64,000 bases of DNA, taken from assembly GCF_009914755.1 (NCBI RefSeq), contig NC_060929.1; one strand, 5' to 3'. The DNA is from the human T2T-CHM13v2.0 reference genome, Homo sapiens. Of the stretch, positions 12,660 to 26,687 are shown piece by piece (within the stretch, counting starts at the first letter, position 1; each line of letters starts with the position of its first letter). The translations under genes were made by a program, and so were the position numbers. Under the pieces are notes generated by a model. That model saw nothing but the letters and a program-made list of their open reading frames with translations, was not told the DNA's origin and ran no database searches.

Positions 12660-12981
12660 TAAAATACAATTTATGGCCTTGTTTCCAAGTGTTCAGAGTT
12701 CAAACAATAAACTTTTAAAACTTAATCCACTGGTAAATTGTTGGTTGGCTGCTTTAGAATTGAAACTGACCTTTTCAAATTGGAAAAGGGGACAGCAACA
12801 AAAAGGAACTCAGAAAATAATAATGGCTCATATTTTATAGCTGTTTGTGGTTTATAAAGTGGGTTTGTATTATTTCATTTGCCCTACCAACAGTCCTGTG
12901 AGGACTTACAGTATGAGGCTTCCCATAGCACAGATGAGCAAGAAAACCTCATTGACGAAAAGTTATTATACTATGTAGTAT

Positions 12982-13061
12982 TTAGATTGGAGCAAAAGTA
13001 ATAGCGTTTTTTGCCATTACTTTCAGTGGCAAAAACCACTATTACTTTTGCACCAAACTAA
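12982..13061. mobile_element. MADE1 (Hsmar1-derived 80-bp MITE)
   Basis: ttagattggagcaaaagtaatagcgttttttgccat...gtggcaaaaaccactattacttttgcaccaaactaa; 80-bp palindrome of mariner TIRs. Confidence 0.92.
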
Positions 13062-13180
13062 CAGAACAAGAGCCATGCACAAGTTTTCATACACTGTTCA
13101 CAACATCACATTTGGTCTGAGTGCTCACACACACACACACTAAATTACTGATGCAATATTTTAAGAAAATGTTAATTTTA

Positions 13181-13636
<456 letters not shown>

Positions 13637-14149
13637 TCAAAGCTGAAAACCATGGCCTGGCCCATGGTGGGAGGAGCAGTGTCTAGGAGAACAATTGGTC
13701 CTGGACTTTATGAAGGGTCTTAAAGTCAGACATTTGATATTGTGTATAAATGAGTGAGACCTATTTTCACAGGGATATACTAATAAGGTGAAGAAGTTGA
13801 CATTCTTCATACAGCTTTAAACTTAGATCCCATTACTGTTCCACACTGGTCATAGCAATATTTTCTACAATCTTGCGAAAAGTACACTTATATTGCACTG
13901 TATTTTGTATGCTAAAAGTATTCATTTCCACATTTTTTATCACCATGTTCTGCATGTTTTCACGTGTTACTCATTTTTCTATTCTTTTTCTGAATTCTCC
14001 CAGATCCTCGTTATGTTTTCACGTTTTAGTACACAAGGAACCTCAAAAGTTGAAAGTGTCCCAAGCCCTTGCCCACCTTTCAGCAAGCCTCTCTTTCTCC
14101 CTTTCCCAGGTGCTTTTCTTTCTGAAGATCTTTGTTATTATTTAACTCC

Positions 14150-15320
14150 TCTTTCGCAACACCACTGACATTGCACCGGCATCGCCGCGGGCCCACTGTC
14201 TGGCTTAGAAGGTGCTCAAGAAAGACCCGCGGCGAATGGAGAAGACAAGCCCAAAGCCAGGAAATGGGTGGCGGCTGCAGGGAAGGGGGTTTTGATTCCC
14301 TAGGATAAAAACGCGCTCCAACAGTCTCCGCATTCCGGCATGGAGCCGGCTGAGGGGTGCGGTGGTAAGACCCCATCGCTAGCGGAGTGCAAGCAAAGCC
14401 GCACACCTCCTGGGTCCGGGCTGGGGCAGGCCGCGCGGGCGCGGGAACGAACGCGTGCGGACGGGGAAAAGGGTCCTCCAAGCCCAAGTGGGAGCGCCGC
14501 GGAGGGCGAGCGAGCGGCAGGGCGCGGCGGGGCGTGTGCGGCACCACGGGACAGCGGGCTGCGGCCCAGGGGGCGAGGCGTGCTCGGGTCTATTCCGGGA
14601 GCGGCTCTGAGGGGCGGGCGCGGGCGCGGGCGGGGCGGGGGCTGCCGGCGTGCATCCTGTCTGGGGGAGGGGACCGCAGAGAGCGCCGGCCGCTGGGCTG
14701 GCCTGAGAGCGCAGCGCGCCGGCCGCTACCAGCCGCGCCGGAGCCCCTGCGCCCTGCGGCCCGCTCCCCGGGGACCGGGCCGGCGCCATGGACCGAGGCC
14801 AGGGTAAGAGGGGCCGCGACGCCCGCACTTGTTGCGGCGCCGGGCGGGAAAGGGAGACTGGACGATCTGAAGCCGGAGAGGAGGAGGGAGAGAGGCGGGC
14901 GGTGGGGCGGGGGCTGAGGAACGCTCGGAGGGGACTGGGAGACGCGGCGCTTATGCAAAGGTGCCTCCGGCTGCCGGGACAACCCGGTGCGTGTCAACGC
15001 CCGTGTCCTGGGGCCAACTCGCCTCTCGTGTGTGAAATCAGAGTTTTCATAGGCTAACGATTTGTAACTTCATAAAAGATCCCCCTCTAGTTTCCGGAGG
15101 ACAGCGAGCTCCTCCCACCTCATTCCACTCTAAAGGGGAAAACAAGGTGTACAGGTTCAACTCCCGAAACACCCGCTGTGGGCAGCCCCTAGGGAGAAGC
15201 TCTAGGGGACCGAAGTTTGCAGCTGCCTAGGGCATTGCGAGAAGGAGGAGCGCCGTGAGCAGGCGCGCGTGTGCATGCATGTGTGCGCCAGGGAGGGAGG
15301 AGGCGGGGGTGGTTCTATCC
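14150..15320 (+). promoter_or_regulatory. AFAP1L1: CpG-island promoter of AFAP1L1 with clustered GC boxes, no TATA box seen
   Basis: Very high GC and CpG density; GGGGCGGG/GGGCGG array at 14611-14641; spans the start-codon exon. Confidence 0.92.
14788..14803 (+). CDS. AFAP1L1: AFAP1L1 exon 1, coding part (MDRGQ + 1 nt)
   Basis: Strong Kozak ggcgccATGG; donor G|gtaaga; phase 1 joins exon 2 to give [14 protein letters not shown]. Confidence 0.9.
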
Positions 15321-15515
15321 CGCACCAGCTGTGTCCTCGGCCCAGCCCTTCTCTCTGGACCAGCGACAAAGTTGGACTAGATGGTCTCCAAGGCACCTTG
15401 CCGACCCTTTTCCAGTGTATTTGGTAGACGTTTCACAGAAGTGGAGGGGACTTACTGAAATTGAGATTGACATAAGCCGAGAGGGCAGCATTCGTAGGGG
15501 GCTAGCGCACATTTT

Positions 15516-15819
15516 TTTCTGTTTGTTTTGTTTTGTTTGAGACGGAGTTTCGCTCTTTTTGCCCAGGCTGGAGTGAAGTGGCGCGATCTTGGCTCACTGC
15601 AACCTCCGCCTCCCGGGTTAAGCGATTCTCCTACCTCAGCCTCCCGAATAGCTGGGATTAGAGGCATGCGCCACCACACCCGGCTAATTTTTGTATTTTT
15701 AACAGAGACGGGGTTTCACCATATTGGCCAGGCTGGTCTGGAGCTCCTGACCTCAGGTGATCAGCCGGCCCCGGCCTCTCAAAGTGCTGGGATTACGGGC
15801 GTGAGCCACCGCGCCCGGC
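15516..15819 (-). mobile_element. AluS (Sq/Sp-like), antisense, CpG-rich
   Basis: Full Alu; TSD agcgcacatttt at 15504-15515 and 15820-15831. Confidence 0.96.
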
Positions 15820-17119
15820 AGCGCACATTTTAAGTAAAGGTCTAGACATGGCCTTTGGCAATGGCCAGATGGGCATGTGTGTGTCTGTAAAGAAGTGGCC
15901 TGCTTGGACATGTGAACAGTGTCAGAGGCTGGGAATCAGAACCCCAGGGTTTCAGTCTGCACCTCTGGGATCCAAAGAGATCACAGGTGTGACGGCACTA
16001 GATAAACTAGTGAGTGCTGTGCCAACAGGCGAAGTGTTGTTGTTGTTGCTGTTATTAATAATGGAAAATTCATTCCCCTCCCCACGATAATCTCACACCT
16101 CTCCCCCATCTGCCTGTTTGCTGTGCTGAGCCCCCGAAGGGAGGAAAAAAAGAAGGGAACAGGGGCATGGGAGCAATTAGCAGGCACTGGGGCAGGGATG
16201 AGCCGGGAGCAGGTGTGGGGTAACCTCCCTTACTCCTGTTAAACGGAAAGTCAGGCTTGGCGAGCTCAGAGGGCCAGAGGGGACTCCTGGCTTCCAGTTC
16301 AACCTCCTCACTTGCCCCTCCCCAACAGAGAATACTGCATTCACCTTCTCCTTCAGGGACTGGGAAGGGCAGGCAGGAAAGAGAGTGGGCTTCTGTTTGG
16401 TTCTTTAGCAACTGAGGCCTAGATTTGTAAAGCAGTTCTCACCTGTTAACTGATTTCTAGGCAAGTGTGAAGAGTGTACATCAGGGAGGAAAAACAGAGA
16501 GAAGAGGCACCTCTCACACCCCTCAGTCCTGCTGTTCCCACCTCCTGCATAATGCGTCTAAAGCAAATACCACCATCCCCCCTCCCCTTCACACTCCTAG
16601 TCGCCCGCCACCTCCCCAACCTCTCCACCACCCCCACTCCCCACCAGTTTTTAAATACCAACCTGTCTGATCTCCAGTACAAAAATCCATACCTAGGCCT
16701 ACCCAGGCCTGTGGAAAGTGCACTGTGTCATCCTAAGACAGAGTGACAATAGTTCACTTCACTTTAAATGCTTGGTAACCAACAACCTCCACGTCAGAAG
16801 GCTGCCTCCAGAGCACTCTTCCTAGGAAGTCAGACTTCCCAGGAATCCCTTGGTGCTGAGAGCCTAGGAGGGCTCTGACCTGCTCTCTCCCTGCAGGCTT
16901 TTCTAGCCTGCTATCTTTCTTTACACCTCTTGTCACAACTTTATAGACATAGTTATCTGACTCTTTAGTGTCGGCCTCCCTACCCGGAAGTAAGCTTCAG
17001 GAAGGCAAGGAGTGGATCTATTGTGATCAATCTGCTGACACTGCACCTGGCACATAGTGCACAGTGAGGAGCTCCAACAGTGGTTTAATTAGTAAAATAC
17101 AACACACTTTATAGTGCAC

Positions 17120-17217
17120 CTCGAATTGATTACTTGTACAGCAATACTTAGTAGTATTCTCTTTTTAAAAATCAACATTGCTGTACAAGTAATCAGTTTG
17201 AGAATAGTACTAAGTAT
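17120..17217. repeat. Interleaved double inverted repeat (A-B-x-A'-B')
   Basis: 17120-17145 pairs with 17177-17202 (24/26 Watson-Crick); 17144-17161 pairs with 17200-17217 (17/18). Confidence 0.92.
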
Positions 17218-17359
17218 ACTCAGATCAGTTCTTGGTGACTTACAAAGGCCATCTCAAGTAAAGTGGTCTTGTGGCTGGGCACACAAGATCAGTTTAACTG
17301 TCTGGCTCCTCAGTTCTCTACTCTGATAAATAATTGCAAACACAACCGTTTATGAATCA

Positions 17360-17779
<420 letters not shown>

Positions 17780-18141
17780 TCATCAGGGAAGGCTTAAGAA
17801 GCACAGGTCTCATTTCAGCCTCCTGCCTACCATGTGAGAGATGGGACTGTCATGCCCAGCTGACTAGGGAAGAAAACCACACATTGGTATTCACGATAAT
17901 AACTGAAATCATCAAACTGTTGCCATGTGCCAGGCACTGTCCTCAGCTTCTTATGTGGCTCCTCTCAGAACAACCCATAGGATGGGGCCTATGAGCTGGG
18001 ACTATCATGAATCATACCTCAGGGGAAAGCAGGCTCAGCCAGGGTATTAGCCAGCAAGGGCTGCAATAACAGAATACACAGACTGGGTGGCTGCAACAAC
18101 AGAAATTAATTTTCTCACAGTTCCAGATGCTGGAAGTCTAA

Positions 18142-18624
<483 letters not shown>

Positions 18625-21600
18625 GTCTCTTCTTCTTCTAAGGACACCAGTCCTATTGGATTAGAGCTCCACCCTTGCAACCTCATTTAACCTTAATTAC
18701 CTCCATAAAGACCCTGTCTCCAAATACAGTCACACTTGGGGTTAGGGCTTCAACATATGCATTTGGGAGGGACAAAATTCAGTCCATAACAACAAGCTTA
18801 GGTCACTGACATTAATTTGCTCATTCATTCTCCATATGAGACACAGAGCTGTGGTTCAAACCCAGCTGTCTCCATATCAAAGTCCTGATCTTAAGCTTGC
18901 TGCTGACTGCCTCCTTGGTGGCAGGTGACCTGCCCAAGCCTTAGAGCAGAACCTAGATGCCAAATCTTCCTGTTTCAGGCCCCAGACATCTCCATGGCAC
19001 TTAAGCTGCACTATTCAGATATTTCACAGCAATTGCTGTGAATTTGCTGAGCATAAAAAGCTCAACATCAAAGTCAAGTGACTTGAGAATGGAAACAAAC
19101 GCCGAAAGTAGAATTTCTCTTCCAACAGGGTATGTGTTTTCCCATGGGGAGAGAAAAGGATTCATAAAGCACAGTAACAAACATAGAAACCACTTATATC
19201 ATAATGGCAATCCTTCCAGAGGGTTTCCTGATTCACAAATACCACACAAGAGAATCAACCATCAGGTAAAGCCAATGTCTATGGACACCGCCTTCTACAG
19301 AACAAGTTAATTAGCTCTCTGTCCCTGTCTACCACATCATACATCTAAAGCAAATGGCACCACCCGCAGATGAGGATAAATTATGATACTGATAGCACCT
19401 ACTTCTTGGATTTGTTATAAATAACCTACAAATAATACCTAGCATAGGGGATCCACTCAATAAATGCTGGCTATTTTAGTAATTACAATTTTTTTTCCCA
19501 CACTCACCATTAATAAGACTGCTTTACAGAACTTCACTTGCTTCTTCCACAAGCTACTCCAACTCTGATGTTGCTTTTTGAGTCCCTGCTCTGTTTTAAA
19601 TACTGAATTAGACAGCTTTGTGTACAACTCAAAGACAGGGAACAGGTTATAATCTTGTTTGTATCACAGTGATCCCTTATGGTGCTTATCTCTTGGAAAT
19701 CCACTTATGACCTTCAATAACTGGACCACTGTCCAAATGACATTGCTGAGTGACTGAAATGTTCATTTTCTGTTATATAGTCTCTCTATTCAAGCCTACT
19801 GACTGTGGCTATGTCATCACAGTTTTGCTTTTGTGAACTTTTCATTCTTCTTGGATCACCATCTCTTTAAGGCTATGGTCTGAATTTTTTCTGATTTTTT
19901 AAAATTTGCCTTCTTAATGTCCAACATTATGTCTGATCTCCCAGGCTCATGTGGAGTGATTTATTTCCCTCAAGGTTCCTTTCCTTTCCCCTTCACAACT
20001 GGTTCTTTTTCAACTACTGCAGTTGAATTGAACCCAAGACAGGAATTTCTTTTGCTGCGTTCTGTGTTCTTGGGGAGATCATGTTGTCTACTGGGCAATT
20101 CAAGAAATAATCTGATGCTCTTCTTTTCATGAAATGAGATTTTCATTGCTCAACAGATGATCTGAGAATCCATTCTGCCTTTGTCTTGCCTCCGTTGAAC
20201 CAGCTTTTGAGATCCAAATTAGGAAGGCCATGTCTTCCCTACAGTGTCCATTGACCAGGCAGCCTGTAGCTAATCCATATGATGACCTCCCCCTGCAGTG
20301 ACCTGAGACCCAACTTCTGTCCCCAAGGCTGTGAATTTCCATGCAGACATACCTCTTCCCTGACATCCAAGTTCATTTCCTACTCCTTCTATGGTAATGG
20401 TCTTTTGAAAGGAACCCTTATCCATATTCGAATCATCTTTTTGATCCAAACATATGTCATGGGTCATCTTTGTCAGTGTTGGGACCCAGTGGAGCTGAGT
20501 GGTTCAGAGAATGGACAAATTTGAGTTTGAGTTTTGACTGCAACTTTTTGTATGACCTTGGGCAGTCACTTTTTCTGACCCTTCAGTGTCTTCATTTGGA
20601 ATGTCATAGCAAGAGTAATACATGTAGTCTAGCACTCAGAATTTAACCACACTCTGCAATGGGTGTAAGGAGTCATACGGGGCCGTATGACTTAACTCTG
20701 TTCCCTATGGAGGCTTCTCCTGGTCACTGGGCACTGCTTCCATTTCTTTGTCTCCCACAGAAGCTGTTTGGCTTCTCCATTTTTGTCAAAGTTTTGCCAG
20801 CCTCTCCCTCAAATATCAGTTTCAAACTCCCGTTTTCACATGAGTAAGCATTCTGCCAAGTAAGTTCCTCCCTCCCACCCTCTGCCAAGAACATATCGTT
20901 ACTCCATTCTCATCTTTGGTCCAGAAAAACAATCCTGGTTTTAGATACCATCAGCTTCTCATACCCTTCTTAATCTTCAAGAAAACCTCAGAACCAAACA
21001 AAAAAGTGAACCCATCTGTGTGCAACACCCCCACCAAACCCCAGCATTTTCCTCCTTCCTTTCCTGGCCAAACTTCTCAAATGGTCAGCAACTCCTCTTG
21101 CACACTCCTTTCACCTCCTGCAGCCTTGCTTCCAATCACACCCTCCACTGAGAACCCTCTCTGAAGGGTCACAAATGGCTTCCACTTCCATTGGACCAAA
21201 GTCTAGCCTTTCACCTCCATCAAATCCCATCTCCTGGCCTGTAGCTCTGTTGATTGAGCCTCTACTCCTTTCTGATGTATTCTCCTAATTTGCAGAGATG
21301 TGAAAATCATGGATTTGGGGGTCGAATAAGTCTAGGTTAAATAACCACTGCCTCATCCCTCCAGGAAGCCTTTTCTGCCTTCTCCCTGCCCCATCCCAAT
21401 GTTATAGGTGCTCATAGCCTCTAGGCCTCTCCCACACTAAGACAAGTTACCCAACCAAGTTGTTTCCTCAGTCTTTGTAAAGCAAGAAGAATGACACCCA
21501 TAGTTGGGAGACTGAAATGCAATAATATTTGCCTAGCTCCCAGTGCCTGGCCCATAGTAGGTGCTTACTAATTGTTATTTCCCATCTTCTCCCACTTGCT

Positions 21601-22399
21601 CTATCTTCCCTCTTGCTCTGTCTCTATCTTCTTGCTCTGTCTTTTGTGGTGCTTGCCCCTCTCTCCCCTGATCTCCTGACCACCTCAGCCCTCTTGCTAC
21701 ACTCACTCCTGTGAAGAACTAAACCCCTCTATGAGAGTAACTCTCAGATGTCCATCACCAGCCACGATTTGGCCTCCAGTTCCTCATGACCTCCTGCCTA
21801 TAGTACATTTCCATTCCGAGGTCAACTCCGCCTTTGGGTGACCCAATTTTGAGCTCATCTTATTCACCACCAAATCAGATGACCCTTCCTGTTTCTCTTT
21901 TTATGCCAGCAACTCAACCACATGAGAAGTTATTGAAGGAAATGGGGGTGTTTGTGAGCAAGACTAAAGTTGAAGTGGGGACATGGAATCAGTTCTCAAA
22001 TTCGTTGTCCTGTAGAAGAGGTAATAGAAAGTTTCTACAGAAGGAGATTAAACAGAGGCCAGTTTGGGCTCAATCTAAGAGAAGCATACAAATGAAAAGA
22101 ACTGTTCAATGGTAGAATACAAGTTGCCTAGGGATGCAAAGAGTCAAAGTTTGAGTGACCACAGATCAGGGAAGCCACGGAATGGCTTAGTATGTAGCTT
22201 AAGGACTACTCTCACGTAAAATTCAAGAAGCTTTCGCAGCTTGACCCTTTTGCACACTGTAGAGAACAGGACTTCTAGGAGTGTATGTTTCAACCTAAAG
22301 CATTCTTTTTTTAAATGTACAGTACATTATAGCTTTTAATAGGACTTATGAATTATCTATGCTTAAGGATGGAATTTGGGGAGACCGCCTGATGCAATT

Positions 22400-22900
22400 A
22401 AGGACAGTTATTTATAGCTACTGGTCTGATTATGCTTAAACCCTTCAGTGGTTTCTCATTGTTTATAAAACATCAGCTACTGTCCTTGTGGTGCCTCAGG
22501 TCTGCCCTGTCTGCCCTCTGCACACTTTGCCAGCTCGCTTTGGACCCCCACCTACCTCTTGCCCTGGGCTCTTCTCACACTGGCCCTGCTCCTTGCAGCT
22601 TTGAATATTTTGTGCCTTCACCTGGTTCACCCTTGCTCTTCCTTAGCTCACTGCTGAAATATGACTTCCTCAAGGCAATGTTTCCCAATCTCCCAAGATA
22701 CATGCCTGTTGTAGATGTTCAGAGCACCCTGCACTTCTCAATCACAGTTCACTGTGGGCTTGAATTAGCTGTTCATATGAGCTCTGTTGGGGCAGGGCTC
22801 TCCTCTCCTTGGTCTCTGCCCTTCCCCCAGGACCTAGTGTAATGCTTGATGCATAGTAGGTGCTCAATAAATGTCTGTTGAGATGATGAATAAATGAAAG
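22400..22900 (+). mobile_element. L2 LINE 3' fragment
   Basis: tgcttaaacccttcagtggtttctcattg...gcatagtaggtgctcaataaatgtctgttgagatgatgaataaatgaa (L2 3' end). Confidence 0.65.
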
Positions 22901-23182
22901 TGAGAGTACATAATTCACAGAGGAGGAGTTGGATATGGCCACTTTTAACTCCAGGATTCTCCATGTCAATGATTCTCACTTTAGGGACAGAAATGTAGAC
23001 TTCATCATTATCCATCATTTCCTTTGCCTTCATCCTTTATACAGTCAAATCCCAAATCCTGTTGACTATTATTGGGAAATATATCTTGGATGGCTTCTGT
23101 ATCCTGTTGCCTCGGATAGGAGCTTCCTGTTTCTGCTCTTGCCCTCTCCAGCCTGCCTTAAGGACCACTCCCTATTTATCTA

Positions 23183-23357
23183 AAGCAGTGGTTCTCAAAT
23201 CCAGCTGGGCTCAGAATCACCCCCTGTGGAGCCTACTGAAAATACACCCACAAAGATTTGATCAGTGGGTCAGAGGTTTGGGAATCTGCTTTTTTTTTTT
23301 TTCCTGGCACATCCCCCAGGTGATTCTGATGTTCACACAAGGGTGATAATTACTGTT
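23183..23357. mobile_element. MER5-family hAT element
   Basis: cagtggttctcaaa...tcagaatcacc...ggaatctgc...ccccaggtgattctgatg. Confidence 0.7.
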
Positions 23358-25341
23358 TTCATGCACTGCTTTTATCTTGACCCTTGACCTTGCTCAAATA
23401 CCTGCTTCTAGTTCTGTCTTTCACACTTTTCAACTGAATGAGACTCTAGGGTCTGGGTCTGTTACCCAAAGCAACCTCTGAAAGCATGAAATGTCTCATT
23501 TTATCTTTAAAAAGCCATGCAAATTTTTTGTTAGCATCCATAATATATCTAACCCCTTCTATCACCCTCTCAAAATATCTTTGTACAAAATGGACCTTCG
23601 GAGATGCATTGTGTTTATCTTGGCTTCTCCCTCCCCTTCCCTCCCCTGCCCTCCACCATGGACTCCCAGGTGATGTGAACTCCAGCCTCCAATAAATATC
23701 CCAGCACAGAGTGCCAGAATGGAAATGGATCTGGACATGGAAGCAGAACACCCACATCCAAGCCCTGGCTCAGCCGCTCACTTCCGTGTTATGAGAACAT
23801 ACCTTTTTTTAACTTTTAGAAGCACTTTGACATTCACCAGTTATCTTCATTTCAGCTTAGCTTCAGGGACATTGCACATCATCCACAGAGTGCTTTGTGC
23901 AGAGGCTGGGCAACCCCTGCCCATGTGATCATACACGCTGTCACTTAGCAGCCATTCACGGTGGGGGGGTTGCTATGGGCAAGAAGGAACCTGTGTAATG
24001 GGGGACTCATCAGACAGAGAATTGACCCACTAAATTCTTTTTTCTGGAGACCCTTCCAGCCCTGAGTTTCTTTTCTGTCGCATCTCTTGACCCTGGTGAT
24101 GGCCCTATGAAGTAGATAGCAGAGACATTCTCCCCATTGGACAGATGCAATAACTAAGGTTCAAACAGATGACTCTGCTCTTCCCCCTTCCTGAAAGATG
24201 CAGCTCAGCGTCATCTCCCTGCCACATCCACCTCTAGGTCTCTCCTGACTTTGGGTTACCACCACCCTCCTCAGACTGGGCTTTTGGAAGTTTTCACCAC
24301 ACTTGTTGAAATATCTGTTTTATGTGTGTATGAGTCCTGAGGCCTAGGAGTATCTTTTGTGCCATATTCCCAGTGTCTAACAATAGCAAATGCTTAATAG
24401 TTACAGTCAAGTGTACTTATTGCTGAAAGCCCACCATGACTCAGTAGATACTGTCATATTCCCATTTTATACATGAAGAAACTGAGGCTTTGAAAGGCCT
24501 ATTTATGCAGCCCAACTCACCTCCATACCTGAGTTCTTTACCATTGCTCTCTGCTGCTTCTCCATGAATGTTGGAGGGTTATCTCCAGGTTAGATATACG
24601 AGGGACTTGCTAGTTAAGATGGGCTGACTAGGTAAAGATTTCTAAGTGGGGACAAGGAGGGTGCCGAGAAGACGAGGAAAAGGAGGTCTGAATAATTCTA
24701 GGGAACATCCTTTATCGATGAGGGGGTATAGCCGGGCAGCCTGCATGAGGTTTTATTTCTTATCCTTCACACTCTTCCTGCTGTGGCCCTTGGAGTTCTG
24801 GTATTCAGCATTCATGAAGCTCTCATTATCCCGGAATTAACAAAGGAGGCTGAGCCGGGAGGGCCCGGCCGGGGTCTATCCTCCATCTACAATTCCATTC
24901 GGGGAATCCCAGCCTTGCCCCAAGTAGGGAGTGAAGGTGCAGAGCTGGCCTGGCGTGATTCTTCTCCCTGGCACAGCTGTCAGGCTGCGGCAGGGGCAGA
25001 ATGTGGCACCACATTGCAGTCATACCAGTTCTGGGGAATTGATGGACAGCACGCCTCACAGGAGGCAAGCTTGGGGGCTTTTTATAGCCCTCTAAGAACC
25101 TAGAGGAAAACTGATCTCCTGAGAGAGAGAAATGGAATACGTGCCTTTTCCAGGCGCCATTCCCTCAACCATGTAGTCCCCAGATGCCTGCAGTTCAACT
25201 TAGGGCAAGAGTCACAGCTAAATGAGTAGTGTAGTGTGGTGGAAGCAATTCACTGCCGGGAGATAAGGATCCTAACCAAGTTCCTTGAATTCCCCCCTTG
25301 GGCTTCAGTTCCTTCACCATTAAGGTTGAAGTATTAGAGTG

Positions 25342-25556
25342 CAGGGACCAGCAGACCTCAATCCAAGGGCAAAATCTGGCCTGCTACCTGTCTTTGTAAA
25401 GAAAGTTTTCTTGGAACACAGCCACACCTGTTCATTATATATTGTCTAGGGCTACTTTCTCACTATAAGGACAGAGTTGGGTAGTTGAAACAGAGGCCAA
25501 CAAAGCCTAAAATATGTAGTATCTTGTCCTTTACCGAAAAGGTTGGCCAACCCCTG
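25342..25556 (+). mobile_element. MER58A hAT-Charlie element
   Basis: caggg...gggcaaaatctggcctgctacctgtctttgtaaagaaagttttcttggaacacagccac...gttggccaacccctg. Confidence 0.85.
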
Positions 25557-26687
25557 GATTAGGCTGTAGAGAGATTGGGAGTGTCTCCCTGGAGCACTGT
25601 GGTGAGAAGGATTCTGAGGGTGTGTCCAAACCAAGGAATGAAGCACTGTCCTTAAACCATACGAGAGTGTGTATTCAAGAGTAGTGTTGGGAAGACCCCA
25701 GAATGCCATTTACCAGTGTTTTTCAAACTACTTTTGGCCTCAGAAACCTTTTGCAAACAAAATCTTAAGCAACAGAGCTGCTATGGGTGAAGTGGGAATG
25801 AGAACACTGAGCACAGCCCATTCCATCCCTCTTACCACCGGGGCAGCACCTAAGGAAGCTATGCAGATCCCATAGGCTTCATCAGAAGAGCATTAGGAAA
25901 CCACTTACCTAATCCTATCTCATTGATTCTACAACTGGGGAAACAGGTACAAGGAGTAGTGGCTTGCCTACAGTCACCTGACAGGTTCCCGTTTGGCTTT
26001 CCACATGTCATTGACGTGGTTACCAGGTATCAGCAGAACACGGACATATTTCTGCTGGGGAGAAAGCCTGTCCATTGGCTTTGCAGGGCCTCAGGGCTGC
26101 CATTAGTGCACGGGTGACCAGGAAGTGTCCTTGCTGACCTGGAGCCCACCTAGGTTCAGTGGTGGGACTTGGCTGGGACACATTGTTGATATCTGCCCAT
26201 GTTTCACCGTGGCCTAGTCAAAGTTTTGGAGAATTTTTTTTTCTGACAGCACCGAAGCCAAAAGAAGAAAATCAAAATTAAATTAAACCATATGTATTTT
26301 TATTTCATTGATACAAAGATTTTTTTAAAAAAAAACTCAGAACATACCTTACAATTGACATCTTAATTTATTCATTTTGTTCTCTTTTTTTTCAAAAAGC
26401 TGTTGTTCAATATGAAAATATCTTCAAATCAGTGGCATCTTAGAATGGAGAAATTATGATAATTTATACTAAGGTTTTCTTTTGAAGATGGAACCAGATT
26501 TATTCATTTGTAGAATAAATATTTACTCTTCCTGCCCGTTCTTGTTGAAGGGTTTGCTGAAAGCAGATCCTGCTGATGCAAAACCAAGGGGGATTTTTTT
26601 TTAGCTCCACTTGGACCAAAAAGAAAACTGATCTCCTGGGAGTGTGCCAGGAAGCCAGAGAGCCTGATGGCCTTTCCTCACCTCCAG

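Noticed and set aside
14080-15057. Several overlapping 135-176 aa ORFs on both strands over the promoter
   Set aside because: Low-complexity Arg/Gly/Pro/Ala translations expected from stop-poor CpG-island DNA; only the 16-nt start exon fits the gene
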